64,000 nucleotides of DNA from assembly GCA_965206125.1 (NCBI GenBank), contig CBDBIN010000045.1, positions 580,531 to 644,530 on the forward strand, in the 5' to 3' direction. This stretch comes from Terriglobia bacterium (GTDB taxonomy: Bacteria > Acidobacteriota > Terriglobia > 20CM-2-55-15). Positions 25,769-35,731 of the stretch are shown piece by piece. Numbering within the stretch: position 1 is the first letter of the stretch; each line of letters opens with the position of its first letter. Both the position numbers and the translations under genes were made by a program. The notes under the pieces were generated by a model, which was not told where the DNA came from, did no database searches, and worked only from the letters and a program-made list of their open reading frames with translations.

Positions 25769-28318
25769 TCAGTTACCGAGGCTGATCAGGTTTGAGAACA
25801 GCCGGTACGCCCCGGCGACGCCCGCCGGCAACTGGCGGAAGAAGGCATAGCCGGTGTAGACGTAGCGTCCCTGGCCGATTTCGGCCACCATCATGCCGCC
25901 CAGCTTCGGTTCCTCGCCCGGGTCGTTCGATGCGAGGATCGGCGTATATCGTTCGTCCCAGTCTCCCATGAAATAGAGGCCGCGCTCCTGGACCCATCCG
26001 GCGAAGTCGTCCTGGGTGATCCGGTTCGGCGTGTTCAAGGCTGGATGGTCCGGGTCTACGAAGGTGATAGGCGCCTCCTCAACTGTCACCCGGTCATGCG
26101 GACGGCTGATGGAGAACGGGTATGGGCCGAAATCCCCACCGGGCATCGCATACTGGTTGTACTGGACGACCACGGTGCCGCCGTCGGCGACGTAGTCCAA
26201 CAGCCTCTCGTTGTAGGCGGCCAAATCGTCGCGAACGCCGTACGCGCGGATCCCGACTACGATGGTGTCGTAAACAGACAGGTCCCCCCTTGACAGATCA
26301 TCCGAGGTCAGGAACGTTACCGGGATGCCGAGTTGTCGGAGCGATTCCGCGACGAGGTCTCCGGCGCCCTCGATGTAACCGATGTTCTCGACGTGGGTTT
26401 CGAGCGGGAACACCTTGACCCTCGAGTGTGTCGGAGAATAGATGTGCCTCGTCTCGATGTGGGGGTATGCGATGACACGATAGCCCTCTTCGTAGGTGTG
26501 GCCTCCCATCACGGCTGTCGCAGTGATATCGAACTCGCCCTCCACGGCCGGCACGTCCACCACGAACTGAATGGAAGCCGTTTCTCCTGGTCGTCGAAAC
26601 TCGACGCTCCGCGTCGCGGGCGTCACCGACCAACCCTCGGGGGCGTTCAGCCACACCTCAACCGTTCCGCCTTCCGGTACCTGGTTGTGGAGTTCAACGG
26701 TGAACTCTTTCTTGCCGTCGCTCGAGATCGGGACCACGGCCGTCTCCGGAGTCAGTCGGACTGAAAGACCGGGCACGGCCTTGACGAAACTCCACTGCTC
26801 GCCGTAAACGTCGTCCACATAGCGGTACCGGGCGTCGCGGTCGATCTGGATCGCTACCCCGTCGTAGTCGATCTCGACTTGGGTAGCCATCAGGGGCGAG
26901 TCGAACGGCATCGCGACCTGTTCCCCGTCCGGCCAGATGAACCGGTCCCCGGCCTTGCTCTCCCGCAACCAATAAGGCTGGGTAAAGTCGGTTTCCGCGC
27001 CGACTCTCACTGTGAACGTCTGTTCGAAACGATCCCCGCTCGACATGCTGCCGGACGAACCCAGGTACTCCGTCTCCCATCCGTCCGGAAAGTCCGTAGT
27101 CGTCCGGACGGTTTCGAAGTCGAACGGCCCGTTGTTAACAGCCACGATCGTCAGTTCCAATTCCTGGCCAGGCACGACGGTGTCGTCCGAAGCGAGCACC
27201 TGCACGTCGATGCCTGCGGCCAGTTCCGCTGCGAGATAGAAATCCGATTCTTTGGTGTCGAGTATGAACCGGACATGATCCACCCTCGCCTTGTCGCGAA
27301 TTGCGTGAAACTTCCGGATGGCCTCGATAAGGTCGGACAGGATGGCCGACGGTTCGCTCAGGGTGGTCTTGCTACGAATATCGTCAATGTCGGCTTGCAG
27401 CGTGTCGAGATCGGCTCGAAGCGCCGGTTCGATTTCGGCAAGATCCGTCAGCCGGTGCGTGGTTCCGGCGAAAATCGAGGCGTCATCAGGGCCATCGACC
27501 GTTTTCTTCACAAGGTCGAGACTCGTGTACCGCGGTCCAATCTCGCGAGCCGCTCCCATCGACTGCGTTCGATGCAGGCTCCGTCCTTCCATCGCGATCT
27601 CATGGTAGGAGCGTCCCAACGCAACCGCGTACTCGCCGACGTTCATTCGAACGTCTCCGGTAGCTGCGCCACCCCGTCCTCCGCGGCCACCACGCCCGCC
27701 GCCGCGCGCGGCCATGTATAGCTTCTTTGCCTGCCAGGGGGGACCGTACTCCGGATACAGGTTCGGGTCCCCCGCCGCGTCAAACGCTTCCATCGTCGCG
27801 ATTCCGGCGGCCTGGTGATGACCGTGGCCGTCCGAGGGCGTGCCCGTAAAGCGAGAGACGATGACCTCGGGCCGGAACTTGCGGATCACACGCACAAAGT
27901 CGCCGACCAGCGCCTCTTTGCCCCATTTCTCCAGGGTTTCGGCCGCGGTCTTTGAAAAACCGAACTCAAAATTAGGCGTAAAGAACTGCTGCCCGCGGTC
28001 GAGCCGCCGCGCCCCCAGCAACTCCTCAGAACGGATCACTCCCAGTGCTTCGAACAACTCCGTACCGATCAGATTCTGGCCGCCCTCTCCGCGAGTCGTC
28101 GACAGGTATGCCGTCCGCGCCCCCTGCCCTCGCGCAAGCCAGGACAGAAGCGAGCTGTTCTCGTCGTCGGGATGGGCCCCGGTATGCAGGACGCTGGCTA
28201 CGACGTCGAGCCGGTCCAGCACCTGCTTCAGTCCGGATACGCCACGATCCTCCGGAATCTCCGACGCCCAGACCGCCAGCGAGCAGGTCACCAGCGCTAT
28301 CAGGATTCTGGTTCTCAT
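25769..28318 (-). CDS. large secreted multidomain protein: N-terminal PIG-L/LmbE-family deacetylase and C-terminal ThuA/class-I glutamine-amidotransferase-like domain
   Basis: Signal peptide. VLHTGAHPDDENSSL...STTRGEGGQN is the PIG-L zinc-site motif. The C-terminal ~250 aa (IVVGIRAYGVRDD...GGTVVVQYNQY...) look ThuA-like. 849 aa. Confidence 0.6.
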   Translation of the reverse strand: MRTRILIALVTCSLAVWASEIPEDRGVSGLKQVLDRLDVVASVLHTGAHPDDENSSLLSWLARGQGARTAYLSTTRGEGGQNLIGTELFEALGVIRSEELLGARRLDRGQQFFTPNFEFGFSKTAAETLEKWGKEALVGDFVRVIRKFRPEVIVSRFTGTPSDGHGHHQAAGIATMEAFDAAGDPNLYPEYGPPWQAKKLYMAARGGGRGGRGGRGGAATGDVRMNVGEYAVALGRSYHEIAMEGRSLHRTQSMGAAREIGPRYTSLDLVKKTVDGPDDASIFAGTTHRLTDLAEIEPALRADLDTLQADIDDIRSKTTLSEPSAILSDLIEAIRKFHAIRDKARVDHVRFILDTKESDFYLAAELAAGIDVQVLASDDTVVPGQELELTIVAVNNGPFDFETVRTTTDFPDGWETEYLGSSGSMSSGDRFEQTFTVRVGAETDFTQPYWLRESKAGDRFIWPDGEQVAMPFDSPLMATQVEIDYDGVAIQIDRDARYRYVDDVYGEQWSFVKAVPGLSVRLTPETAVVPISSDGKKEFTVELHNQVPEGGTVEVWLNAPEGWSVTPATRSVEFRRPGETASIQFVVDVPAVEGEFDITATAVMGGHTYEEGYRVIAYPHIETRHIYSPTHSRVKVFPLETHVENIGYIEGAGDLVAESLRQLGIPVTFLTSDDLSRGDLSVYDTIVVGIRAYGVRDDLAAYNERLLDYVADGGTVVVQYNQYAMPGGDFGPYPFSISRPHDRVTVEEAPITFVDPDHPALNTPNRITQDDFAGWVQERGLYFMGDWDERYTPILASNDPGEEPKLGGMMVAEIGQGRYVYTGYAFFRQLPAGVAGAYRLFSNLISLGN

Positions 28319-28591
28319 AGATCGTCACCTATCGAATTGAAAGTAAGTTATTTATGCGCAAGGCTCAGCATACAGGGGGTGTGGCGTAATTCTACTTAAT
28401 GACCTGCAACAAGGACAAGTAACAAGCCGGTAAACAGGGAGCCGTGCCGGCAAGGTCGCAATGAAAACCGGCCGCAAGCTATTGCGATCAGGAACGCCCG
28501 GGCTCAAGAGGTCGGGCGTATTTTTCGGACGCTTGATTTCGCACAAGACCAAACGGTATCGTGAGCCGAACTTCTTACGCTGGAAGGTATT

Positions 28592-29245
28592 GTGATGCGC
28601 ACTATCGTCGGACTGGTTCTGATCCTTGTCTGCCTGACCCCCGCTTACTCGCAGGACTCTTCCGGGACGGCTGCCGAGTCGCAGCTCGACCCGGAGACAC
28701 TCGTCCGGGAATGGTTCGCCCGATTGAACGCCCTCGACGACTGGTCTCCTGAGAATGCCGAGAACAAGGAGGTGGAAACTGCAGGATCCGAAACCGAAGA
28801 ACAGGAGGCTGAACAGACAGAACCCGAACCGGCGCCGAATCTGCCGAGCGTGGAATCATTGGTGGAAGACCTCGTCGAGCTCTATCGCCCCGATGCCTTC
28901 TTATTCGTCAGGCCGAACGAGAACCAACTGGGCCCCGTGATGTATTACGAACACGCGGGAGTTCGAAAATGGGCCGACTATTACGCCTCGACGTTCTTCG
29001 ACCTCGCCTACCGCATCAACATGCAGACGGCCCGGGAGATTACAGCCAATCTCGTATACTCGACACCGCTGCCATGGGGCGGAGTGGCGGTTTCGGTGGA
29101 ATTCACGGCTATCTACACGTTCCGGGACGGCGAGACGAAGTTCATGGCCCCGGGCGCCGCGTTCTTCCAGTTCGCCGAAGACGGACGAATCCAGCGGCTA
29201 CGCCTGTACGAGCTCAAGGACGAAACGTTCGAAGTCGGGCAATAG
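28592..29245 (+). CDS. hypothetical secreted protein with an NTF2-like (SnoaL/DUF4440-like) C-terminal domain
   Basis: Signal peptide MMRTIVGLVLILVCLTPAYSQ, then an acidic linker, then a putative NTF2-like fold (LVREWFARLNALDD ... FRDGETKFMAPGAAFFQFAEDGRIQRLRLYE). Confidence 0.45.
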   Translation: MMRTIVGLVLILVCLTPAYSQDSSGTAAESQLDPETLVREWFARLNALDDWSPENAENKEVETAGSETEEQEAEQTEPEPAPNLPSVESLVEDLVELYRPDAFLFVRPNENQLGPVMYYEHAGVRKWADYYASTFFDLAYRINMQTAREITANLVYSTPLPWGGVAVSVEFTAIYTFRDGETKFMAPGAAFFQFAEDGRIQRLRLYELKDETFEVGQ

Positions 29246-29249
29246 CTAT

Positions 29250-29972
29250 TCAGTCCGGCAACGGCGGCATGCGAAGACCCGGCGTGCCGAACGTTATCTC
29301 CGTGATCGCCTTGAGGCTTCGTTGCCCGTACCGGAAGGGGATAATGAGCCGAAGAGGCGCACCGTGCCGTGGCGGAATCGGCTCGTCGTTCATCATCCAC
29401 GCAAGCATCACCTGCGGGTGTCTCAGCGACGCTACCGGCTCGTCAACGTATCGGCCGTCGGAGGCGACGAAACGGCAATAGTGCGCCTCTGGGATGAGAC
29501 CCAGCATGTCCGCGAAGTCGGAGAAACCGACGCCTGTCCACTTGACGATTCCGCGGGGGTTCGGTGCGCCGCACTGCAGGAGAAAGGTGTGGGACACTCG
29601 CGGCAGTTGCTCCAGATCCGAAAAGCGCAGCGTTCCGGTGAGTCTCGCGAGACCGCGCGTATCTACACTGATCTCCATTTCCCGGTAGTCGAACTCGATC
29701 TCGGGTGCCTGCCGGTCCGGGGTGCGCCACATGAGGGGATCGGTGATCGGCCCCGCCGCGCTCTCCGGGTGCTCCGGAGCTGAACCATCCGGGTTGAGTG
29801 GAAGCGGCGCCGGAAAGCCCTCGCGTAGCGGCCGTTCGACGAGCTGGTCCGGCCCCGGCTGTTGCGGCAAGGAACCCTTACCCCGTAGGATCCCGGGCTT
29901 GAGCACGCCGAGGGACAACCCCGCCAGCGTCGAGCCTGAAATAGCGATCGCCTTACGTCGTGAGATCGTCAT
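29250..29972 (-). CDS. molybdopterin-dependent oxidoreductase (sulfite-oxidase / MsrP-YedY-like Mo-binding domain), Tat-secreted
   Basis: Start MTISRRKAIAISGSTLAGLSLG (twin-arginine signal). Oxidored_molyb-like core (...HTFLLQCGAPNPRG...WTGVGFSDFADMLGL...DEPIPPRHGAPLRLIIP). Confidence 0.65.
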   Translation of the reverse strand: MTISRRKAIAISGSTLAGLSLGVLKPGILRGKGSLPQQPGPDQLVERPLREGFPAPLPLNPDGSAPEHPESAAGPITDPLMWRTPDRQAPEIEFDYREMEISVDTRGLARLTGTLRFSDLEQLPRVSHTFLLQCGAPNPRGIVKWTGVGFSDFADMLGLIPEAHYCRFVASDGRYVDEPVASLRHPQVMLAWMMNDEPIPPRHGAPLRLIIPFRYGQRSLKAITEITFGTPGLRMPPLPD

Positions 29973-30029
29973 TGCTGCACCTCCTGTCTTGGGAAAAACG
30001 CATTGTAGCATGCACTGTTGACGGAACCC

Positions 30030-31541
30030 TCAGTCGATCGCTCCCAGTTTCCGCAACAGATCCTGGGCCTCCTGCATCTCGGGGGAAGGGCCTCCCCGGC
30101 CTCGGCCGCCTCCCGTCGTCAGGGACAACGGGGTGCGTCCGTCCTGATTCTCCGGGTTCAGGTCGGCGCCTCGGTCGGCGAGCAGCTGAATGACTGAGGT
30201 GGATCCACCGGCCGCCGCCCCGTGCAGGGCGGTGTCCCCGGCCTGGTTGGTATCGTTCACGTCGGCGCCCGCCTCAAGCAGCAGCTCGACCGCTTCCACA
30301 ACGCGGCTCTCTTCACGCGGAATCTCGCGATATCCGCCATCCGCGTCGGAGTCTTTGACAAGGTCCACCGGACGAATCCGGCGCTCGACTCTGATTCCTG
30401 CTACCACCATCATTGGCGTCGTGCCGTCCAGAATGGCGGCCGCCGGATCGGCGCCGCTGGCGGTCAGTGCCCGCATGATTTCGACTTCGAGATAGTTGGC
30501 GGCCACGAACAGAGGCGTGGCCCCGGCCATTTTGCTCGACAGAGCCCAGTCCAGGTCACCGTGTCGACGGACTGGAGAGCCTTTCGTCATGGGTAGGTTC
30601 GGATCTGCACCGTGGGCGAGGAGCGCGTTCACCGCCCGCAGGTTTCCGCTCAGCACGGCGGCATGTAAGGAGGTGAAGCCTCCGCCGGCGGCATTGGGGT
30701 CCGCCCCCGCTTCCAGCAGTAGTGAGACCACATGTTCCTGGCCACCAAACGCTGCCACGACAAGGGCGGAGTTGCCGTCCGCCGATGCCGCGTTGACGTT
30801 CGCTCCCGCCCCCAGAAGCAGACGGGCGGAATCCAGATCCCCGACCCGCGCGGCATACAACAACGGCCTGCTGCCCCCCATCTCGGCCGGGGTCGCGACA
30901 AGCTCCGATGTCTGGACCTCTTCCCCGCCCCCGCGGTCCAGCATGACTATCCGTGTGCGTGTGCTCGTCCGGGCATGGACGTCGGCACCGTATCGGAGCA
31001 GCACCTCGACCACATCGGCGTGTTGCTGCGACACCGCCCACATGAGCGCCGTCTGCCCCCGGGCACGCTCGTTCGCGTCCACGTCGGCTCCGAACTCCAT
31101 CAGCGCCCGCACTACGTCGATGCTCCCTGTGCGCGCGGCCTCCATGAGCGGTGTCACCCCCACCTCGCTCGCTACGGCGGGATCAGCCCCGGACCGTAGT
31201 AATGTCTCTGCGATGGCCGCATTCCCGTTGACTGCCGCGAGGGCAAGCGGTGTAATTCCCAGGTCGTTTGCTGCGTTAACATTCGCGCCCGCACCGATCA
31301 GCAGTTCGACAGTGTCGGCCTTGTCTCGGTAGACCGCCCAGTGCAACGCAGTCGCTCCATCGCCCTCGGGAGCATTCACGTCGATCTCAAGTTCGAGCAG
31401 CGCGCGTATTGCGGTCTCATCGCTCTGCTTGACCGCTTCTACGAGTTGGAGCTGCCCGGCAGGGGCGAGGCTGGGGGCCAGAAACAACAGCAGGGTCGCA
31501 AGGCAGAGGGGACAGACACCTCTGTCCACACGTGGCATCAT
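30030..31541 (-). CDS. ankyrin-repeat protein, secreted (about 12 ANK repeats)
   Basis: Signal peptide, then repeated ..G.TALH.A......vv.lLl..GAdvNa.. units throughout. 503 aa. Confidence 0.75.
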   Translation of the reverse strand: MMPRVDRGVCPLCLATLLLFLAPSLAPAGQLQLVEAVKQSDETAIRALLELEIDVNAPEGDGATALHWAVYRDKADTVELLIGAGANVNAANDLGITPLALAAVNGNAAIAETLLRSGADPAVASEVGVTPLMEAARTGSIDVVRALMEFGADVDANERARGQTALMWAVSQQHADVVEVLLRYGADVHARTSTRTRIVMLDRGGGEEVQTSELVATPAEMGGSRPLLYAARVGDLDSARLLLGAGANVNAASADGNSALVVAAFGGQEHVVSLLLEAGADPNAAGGGFTSLHAAVLSGNLRAVNALLAHGADPNLPMTKGSPVRRHGDLDWALSSKMAGATPLFVAANYLEVEIMRALTASGADPAAAILDGTTPMMVVAGIRVERRIRPVDLVKDSDADGGYREIPREESRVVEAVELLLEAGADVNDTNQAGDTALHGAAAGGSTSVIQLLADRGADLNPENQDGRTPLSLTTGGGRGRGGPSPEMQEAQDLLRKLGAID

Positions 31542-31621
31542 GACTTACCTCGGAATCTAGTGTTGGGGACAGAGGAGTCCGTCCCCTCGCTGTCGGCAAC
31601 GTTGCTGGCTAACACGGGCTA

Positions 31622-32959
31622 TCAGACGCCTGCAAGGGAATCAATGTTGAGCGGGCCCGTACTGTCGCCGATCTCCTCGATGGGCGCACCGAGTTTGTCC
31701 AGCAGGGCAAGGTGCAGGTTCGCCAGCGGGGTCCCTTCTGCATACCGAATATGGCGACCTCCCTTGAGCCGGCCTGCGCCTCCGCCGGCCAGCAGGAGCG
31801 GCAGGTTCTTGGGAGAGTGGGCATTGCCGTCGCTCATGCCGGACCCGTAGAGGATGGTGACCTGATCCAGGAGGGACCCGTCGCCGTCCGATGTTCCCGC
31901 CAGCTTGTCCAGGTAGTATTTGAACAGCGTCACGTGAAACTCGTTGATCCTGGCGCATCGCTCCATCCGTTCCGGATCGTTTCGATGGTGCGATATCGGG
32001 TGATGGGCGTCGGGAACGCCGATCTCGGGGTAGGAGCGGCCACTCAATTCGCGGCCGTACATGAACGTCATCACGCGCGTGACGTCCCCCTGGTATCCCA
32101 GCACCTGCACGTCAAACATCAACTTCGCGTGTTCTTCAAACGTCGACGGAATCCCGGAAGGACGGCTGACCGCCGGGAGTTCCACGTCGTGTTCGGCGGC
32201 CCTCTGGATGCGGCTTTCTACATCGCGGATGTTGTCCAGATATCCCTCGATCCGGGAACGATCCCCGGGGCCGACAGCTTGCTTCAGGCCGGAGACTTCC
32301 CCAAGCAGCGAATCCAGAATGCTGCCCTTCTCTTCAAGGCGGGCACGCCGGGCGACAGGATCGGTGGTGTCATCCCCGAACAGCCGTTCAAAAGCAGCCG
32401 CCGGGTTTGTCTCCATCGGCAATGGCTCCGTCGGCCCGGCCCAGGAGATTGTGCCCGTGTAGATGCAGCTACCGTAATCGCAGACCGTCCCGAATTCCAC
32501 CGACTCCAAAGCGAGTTCGAGCGAAGGCAAAGGCGTGTCCTGACCCAATACCCTGGCGGCAATCTGATCCATCGATATTCCGGCCCGGAGCTTGCGATAG
32601 GGGAACACGTCGGTCAGGAATTTCGTGCTGGCTTTCGCATGGGGGAATCCGGAAGTGTCGGCGGGTGGAGCTGGGGTGCTGTCGAGCCCGCTCAAGATCA
32701 CGAGACGATCCCGGAACGGCGCCAGCGGCTTCAAGATGCGTGTGAACTCGAACTCCGTCCCTTCAGCCTCGGGGAACCACTGTTGGACAGTCACGCCGTT
32801 TGGTACGTACACTGCGCCGAAACGCATCACGGGTCTGGCGGGCGTCTGGCCCAACGCCGTCGCCGCCGGCACCATGGCATCCAGCAGCGGCAAGGCCACC
32901 GCGGCTCCCAAGCCGCGAAGCAGCGTGCGGCGGGAAATAGCCTTCTTCGTAACAATCAT
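31622..32959 (-). CDS. DUF1552 (HXXSHH) family protein with Tat signal
   Basis: Start MIVTKKAISRRTLLRGLGAAVALPL overlaps the upstream stop (ATGA). Contains HPISHH and C-terminal ...DGDGSLLDQVTILYGSGMSDGNAHS... Confidence 0.7.
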   Translation of the reverse strand: MIVTKKAISRRTLLRGLGAAVALPLLDAMVPAATALGQTPARPVMRFGAVYVPNGVTVQQWFPEAEGTEFEFTRILKPLAPFRDRLVILSGLDSTPAPPADTSGFPHAKASTKFLTDVFPYRKLRAGISMDQIAARVLGQDTPLPSLELALESVEFGTVCDYGSCIYTGTISWAGPTEPLPMETNPAAAFERLFGDDTTDPVARRARLEEKGSILDSLLGEVSGLKQAVGPGDRSRIEGYLDNIRDVESRIQRAAEHDVELPAVSRPSGIPSTFEEHAKLMFDVQVLGYQGDVTRVMTFMYGRELSGRSYPEIGVPDAHHPISHHRNDPERMERCARINEFHVTLFKYYLDKLAGTSDGDGSLLDQVTILYGSGMSDGNAHSPKNLPLLLAGGGAGRLKGGRHIRYAEGTPLANLHLALLDKLGAPIEEIGDSTGPLNIDSLAGV

Positions 32960-35439
32960 GATGCTGTTCTCCTCATCTGAAACGGCGTGCTCTCGACGAT
33001 CCCCAGAATGATAGACGACCATCGGTAGTCGGTATCTGCGGACTTCCGCTGAATTTCGCGGACGGCTGCATGGTCATAGTATTCGATCGTGCGGCCCAGA
33101 GCATAGGTCAAAAGCTTCTCGGTAAAGGTCCTGACGAACGATTCTTGATTGCGCAACAGGAACCTCCGCAGCCCCGCGACCCCCTCGATCGCCGTGCCAT
33201 CGGCAAAGACACTGGACGCGTCGATCGGAAGGCCGTCGGCCTCGACACGCCACCGACCGACTGCATCGAAGTTCTCCAGCGCGAACCCTACCGGGTCTAT
33301 CCGCACGTGGCAAACCGCACAGGTCGGATTTCGGCGGTGAAGCTCCATCTGCTCTCTCATCGATCGCGCCCGGCCATCCTCGCTCCTGGGTTCCAGGGCC
33401 GGCACCGTTGGCGGTGGGGGCGGAGGGGGCATCCCCAGGATGTTCTCGAGCAGCCAGACTCCACGAACCACGGGTGAGGTGCGGTCGGGGTAGGACGTGA
33501 CCATCAAGATACTTCCCTGGCCCAAAAGGCCACCACGTTCTGTACCGTTCAACGTCACGCGGCGAAATCGCTCCCCGTAGACTCCCGGTATCTCGTAGTG
33601 CCGGGCCAACCGTTCATTGACGAACGTGTAGTCGGCGCTGAGCAGTTCGACGACGCTCCGGTCCTCGCCTAGCTGGCTGTCGAGGAACAGTTTTGTTTCC
33701 TCGAGGAAGGCGTGGCGCAGGTTTTCGTCGAAAAAGTCAAACCGGGCCGGGTCCGGCTGCCATGCATGGACCCTCCGGACCGTCAGCCACTGGTTGGCGA
33801 AATTGTCCACCAGCGCCCTGGACCTGGGATCGTCCAGCATGCGACGGACCTGGTGCTCGAGCACGCCATCGTTTCGGAGTTCGCCACGAGTAGCCACGCC
33901 CAGAAGTTCTTCATCGGGAATGCTGCTCCAGAGGAAGAACGACAGACGCGAGGCCAGTTCGAGTTGGCTGATCTGATAGACGGTACCGGGAGCGACATCC
34001 TGCGGGTCGTGCTCTATACGGAATATGAAATTAAAGCTCACGAGGAGCCTCTCGATCGCTTTCTGTATGCCCGTGTCAAAGTCCCCCTTGCTCCTGCCTG
34101 TGCGGTAGAAGCCAAGCAGAGTCTGGACTTCGTCTTCGGTGACCGGCCGGCGATACGCGCGACGGGCGAGTCGGGAAAGAATTGTCCTGGCGCAGGGGGT
34201 TTCTTCCTGGACGCTCGTGGGCCGGCACACAAACACCGCACGGCGGCTCGGAGTGTCCCCCGGTCCCCCCGGGAGATACGGGCCGCCGATGTCGACTCTG
34301 GCAACGGCGGCGTTATCGTCATACAGCTCATCGAAGTGGCGGCCGAAAGTCCTCATCCCGTAGCGCGGCTGCAGAAACCCTTCATCCTCCCAGGGTGTGT
34401 CGACGAACGAAACCCCGACTGTCCGTGTTCCGGCCTGAACTGCGACACGGACATCCAAGCCCGCATCCGCCTCATGCATGTACTGCTCCCATTCCAGATC
34501 CCCGACGATTGCTCCTGTCCACGTCAACGGACCGGGCAGGCCCGGCGCCTCGCCGCCGACGGTGAATCGGTGAACGCGTTTTCCGTCGATACGTACATCG
34601 ATTTTCTGGGCGGAACCCATGCCCATGATGTAGTCGTAGGCCTGCCGTCGCAGGCGCACGCGGATGACGTATTCACCGTCGAGCGGAAAGTGATGGCGAA
34701 CTGCCGCACCGCCACGAGACCCGAAGGGCAGGTCTTCACTGACGCGAACGTCTTGGTCCAGCACCTCGGAAACCGCGTACTGTTTGAAGCCGGGAACGAT
34801 GCCCATCGTCAGGTCACCCACGGCGAGACGGCTGATCTTGCGGGCCGCCGACATGTAGCGTTCGAGGTGCGTCGGCGAGAGCGGCAGATTTGAAGCGATG
34901 TTGTCGAAGCCCGAATCGGCCTCGTCCGGCAGCAGTAGCGAGTTTCCGTCGACCTCGAGACCGAGCAGATCCCGAACGGCGTTGGCGTATTCCGACTGAT
35001 TCAGGCGATGGACACCGACACTGCCAGGATCCGGATTCGCCACCGCTGCGAGGTCGAGTTCGGTCTCCAGCCACGACAGGATAGCTTGAGAAGCGGCCTC
35101 ATCGGGCCGCGGCATGCCCATCGGCGGCATTTGACCTGTGCCCACCTTGTGCAGGACCTTCTCCCACACCTCCGCGTTGGCGCCGACGCGCTCGACATCG
35201 ATCCCGTCGAGTGTGAGCCCCGCCGTGAGCAGTTGTTCGTTATGGCATGCGACGCAGTTCGAGTCGATGAATTCCCGTTGGTTTGAGGCGCTGGTGTCGA
35301 TTCGGCCCGAGGGCTCCTGTCGCTGCGCGGGTCCTGGCGAGATTGCCGGGTTCGTTTCGGTCGTCAGCCGACGGCCAGAGCCAAGCACCAGCGGGACCAG
35401 TATCAGCGACATCCAGACGGCTCTCGTCATTGTCCGCAT
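32956..35439 (-). CDS. large secreted protein of the DUF1587/DUF1592/DUF1595/DUF1588/DUF1585 (Planctomycete cytochrome-C-like) family
   Basis: Signal peptide. CVACH heme-binding motif near the N-terminus. 827 aa with the characteristic domain order. Translationally coupled to the DUF1552 partner. Confidence 0.7.
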   Translation of the reverse strand: MRTMTRAVWMSLILVPLVLGSGRRLTTETNPAISPGPAQRQEPSGRIDTSASNQREFIDSNCVACHNEQLLTAGLTLDGIDVERVGANAEVWEKVLHKVGTGQMPPMGMPRPDEAASQAILSWLETELDLAAVANPDPGSVGVHRLNQSEYANAVRDLLGLEVDGNSLLLPDEADSGFDNIASNLPLSPTHLERYMSAARKISRLAVGDLTMGIVPGFKQYAVSEVLDQDVRVSEDLPFGSRGGAAVRHHFPLDGEYVIRVRLRRQAYDYIMGMGSAQKIDVRIDGKRVHRFTVGGEAPGLPGPLTWTGAIVGDLEWEQYMHEADAGLDVRVAVQAGTRTVGVSFVDTPWEDEGFLQPRYGMRTFGRHFDELYDDNAAVARVDIGGPYLPGGPGDTPSRRAVFVCRPTSVQEETPCARTILSRLARRAYRRPVTEDEVQTLLGFYRTGRSKGDFDTGIQKAIERLLVSFNFIFRIEHDPQDVAPGTVYQISQLELASRLSFFLWSSIPDEELLGVATRGELRNDGVLEHQVRRMLDDPRSRALVDNFANQWLTVRRVHAWQPDPARFDFFDENLRHAFLEETKLFLDSQLGEDRSVVELLSADYTFVNERLARHYEIPGVYGERFRRVTLNGTERGGLLGQGSILMVTSYPDRTSPVVRGVWLLENILGMPPPPPPPTVPALEPRSEDGRARSMREQMELHRRNPTCAVCHVRIDPVGFALENFDAVGRWRVEADGLPIDASSVFADGTAIEGVAGLRRFLLRNQESFVRTFTEKLLTYALGRTIEYYDHAAVREIQRKSADTDYRWSSIILGIVESTPFQMRRTAS

Positions 35440-35731
35440 GTGTCACCTCTCGGAGTGTCGGATAGGACTCCGAACCGTAATCGAAGCCGATAGAAACAAG
35501 CCGATTGGACGAAGTATACGGAGCGTGAAGTACCCCGGTCAATGGAGTCCAGTAGGACTGCGAAACAAAGGGTGCTGTCGAGTTGACTGGAATTGATCCG
35601 CTTAGGGCGAAATTGATTCCCTTATTCCTTGCTTTAGGAAGTGGGACGACTGTATAAACGATTACAAAGATTGGTAGTTATTAGGGTTCTGAAGCGAACG
35701 AGATTCTCATAATCGATGGAGGGGGGCAACT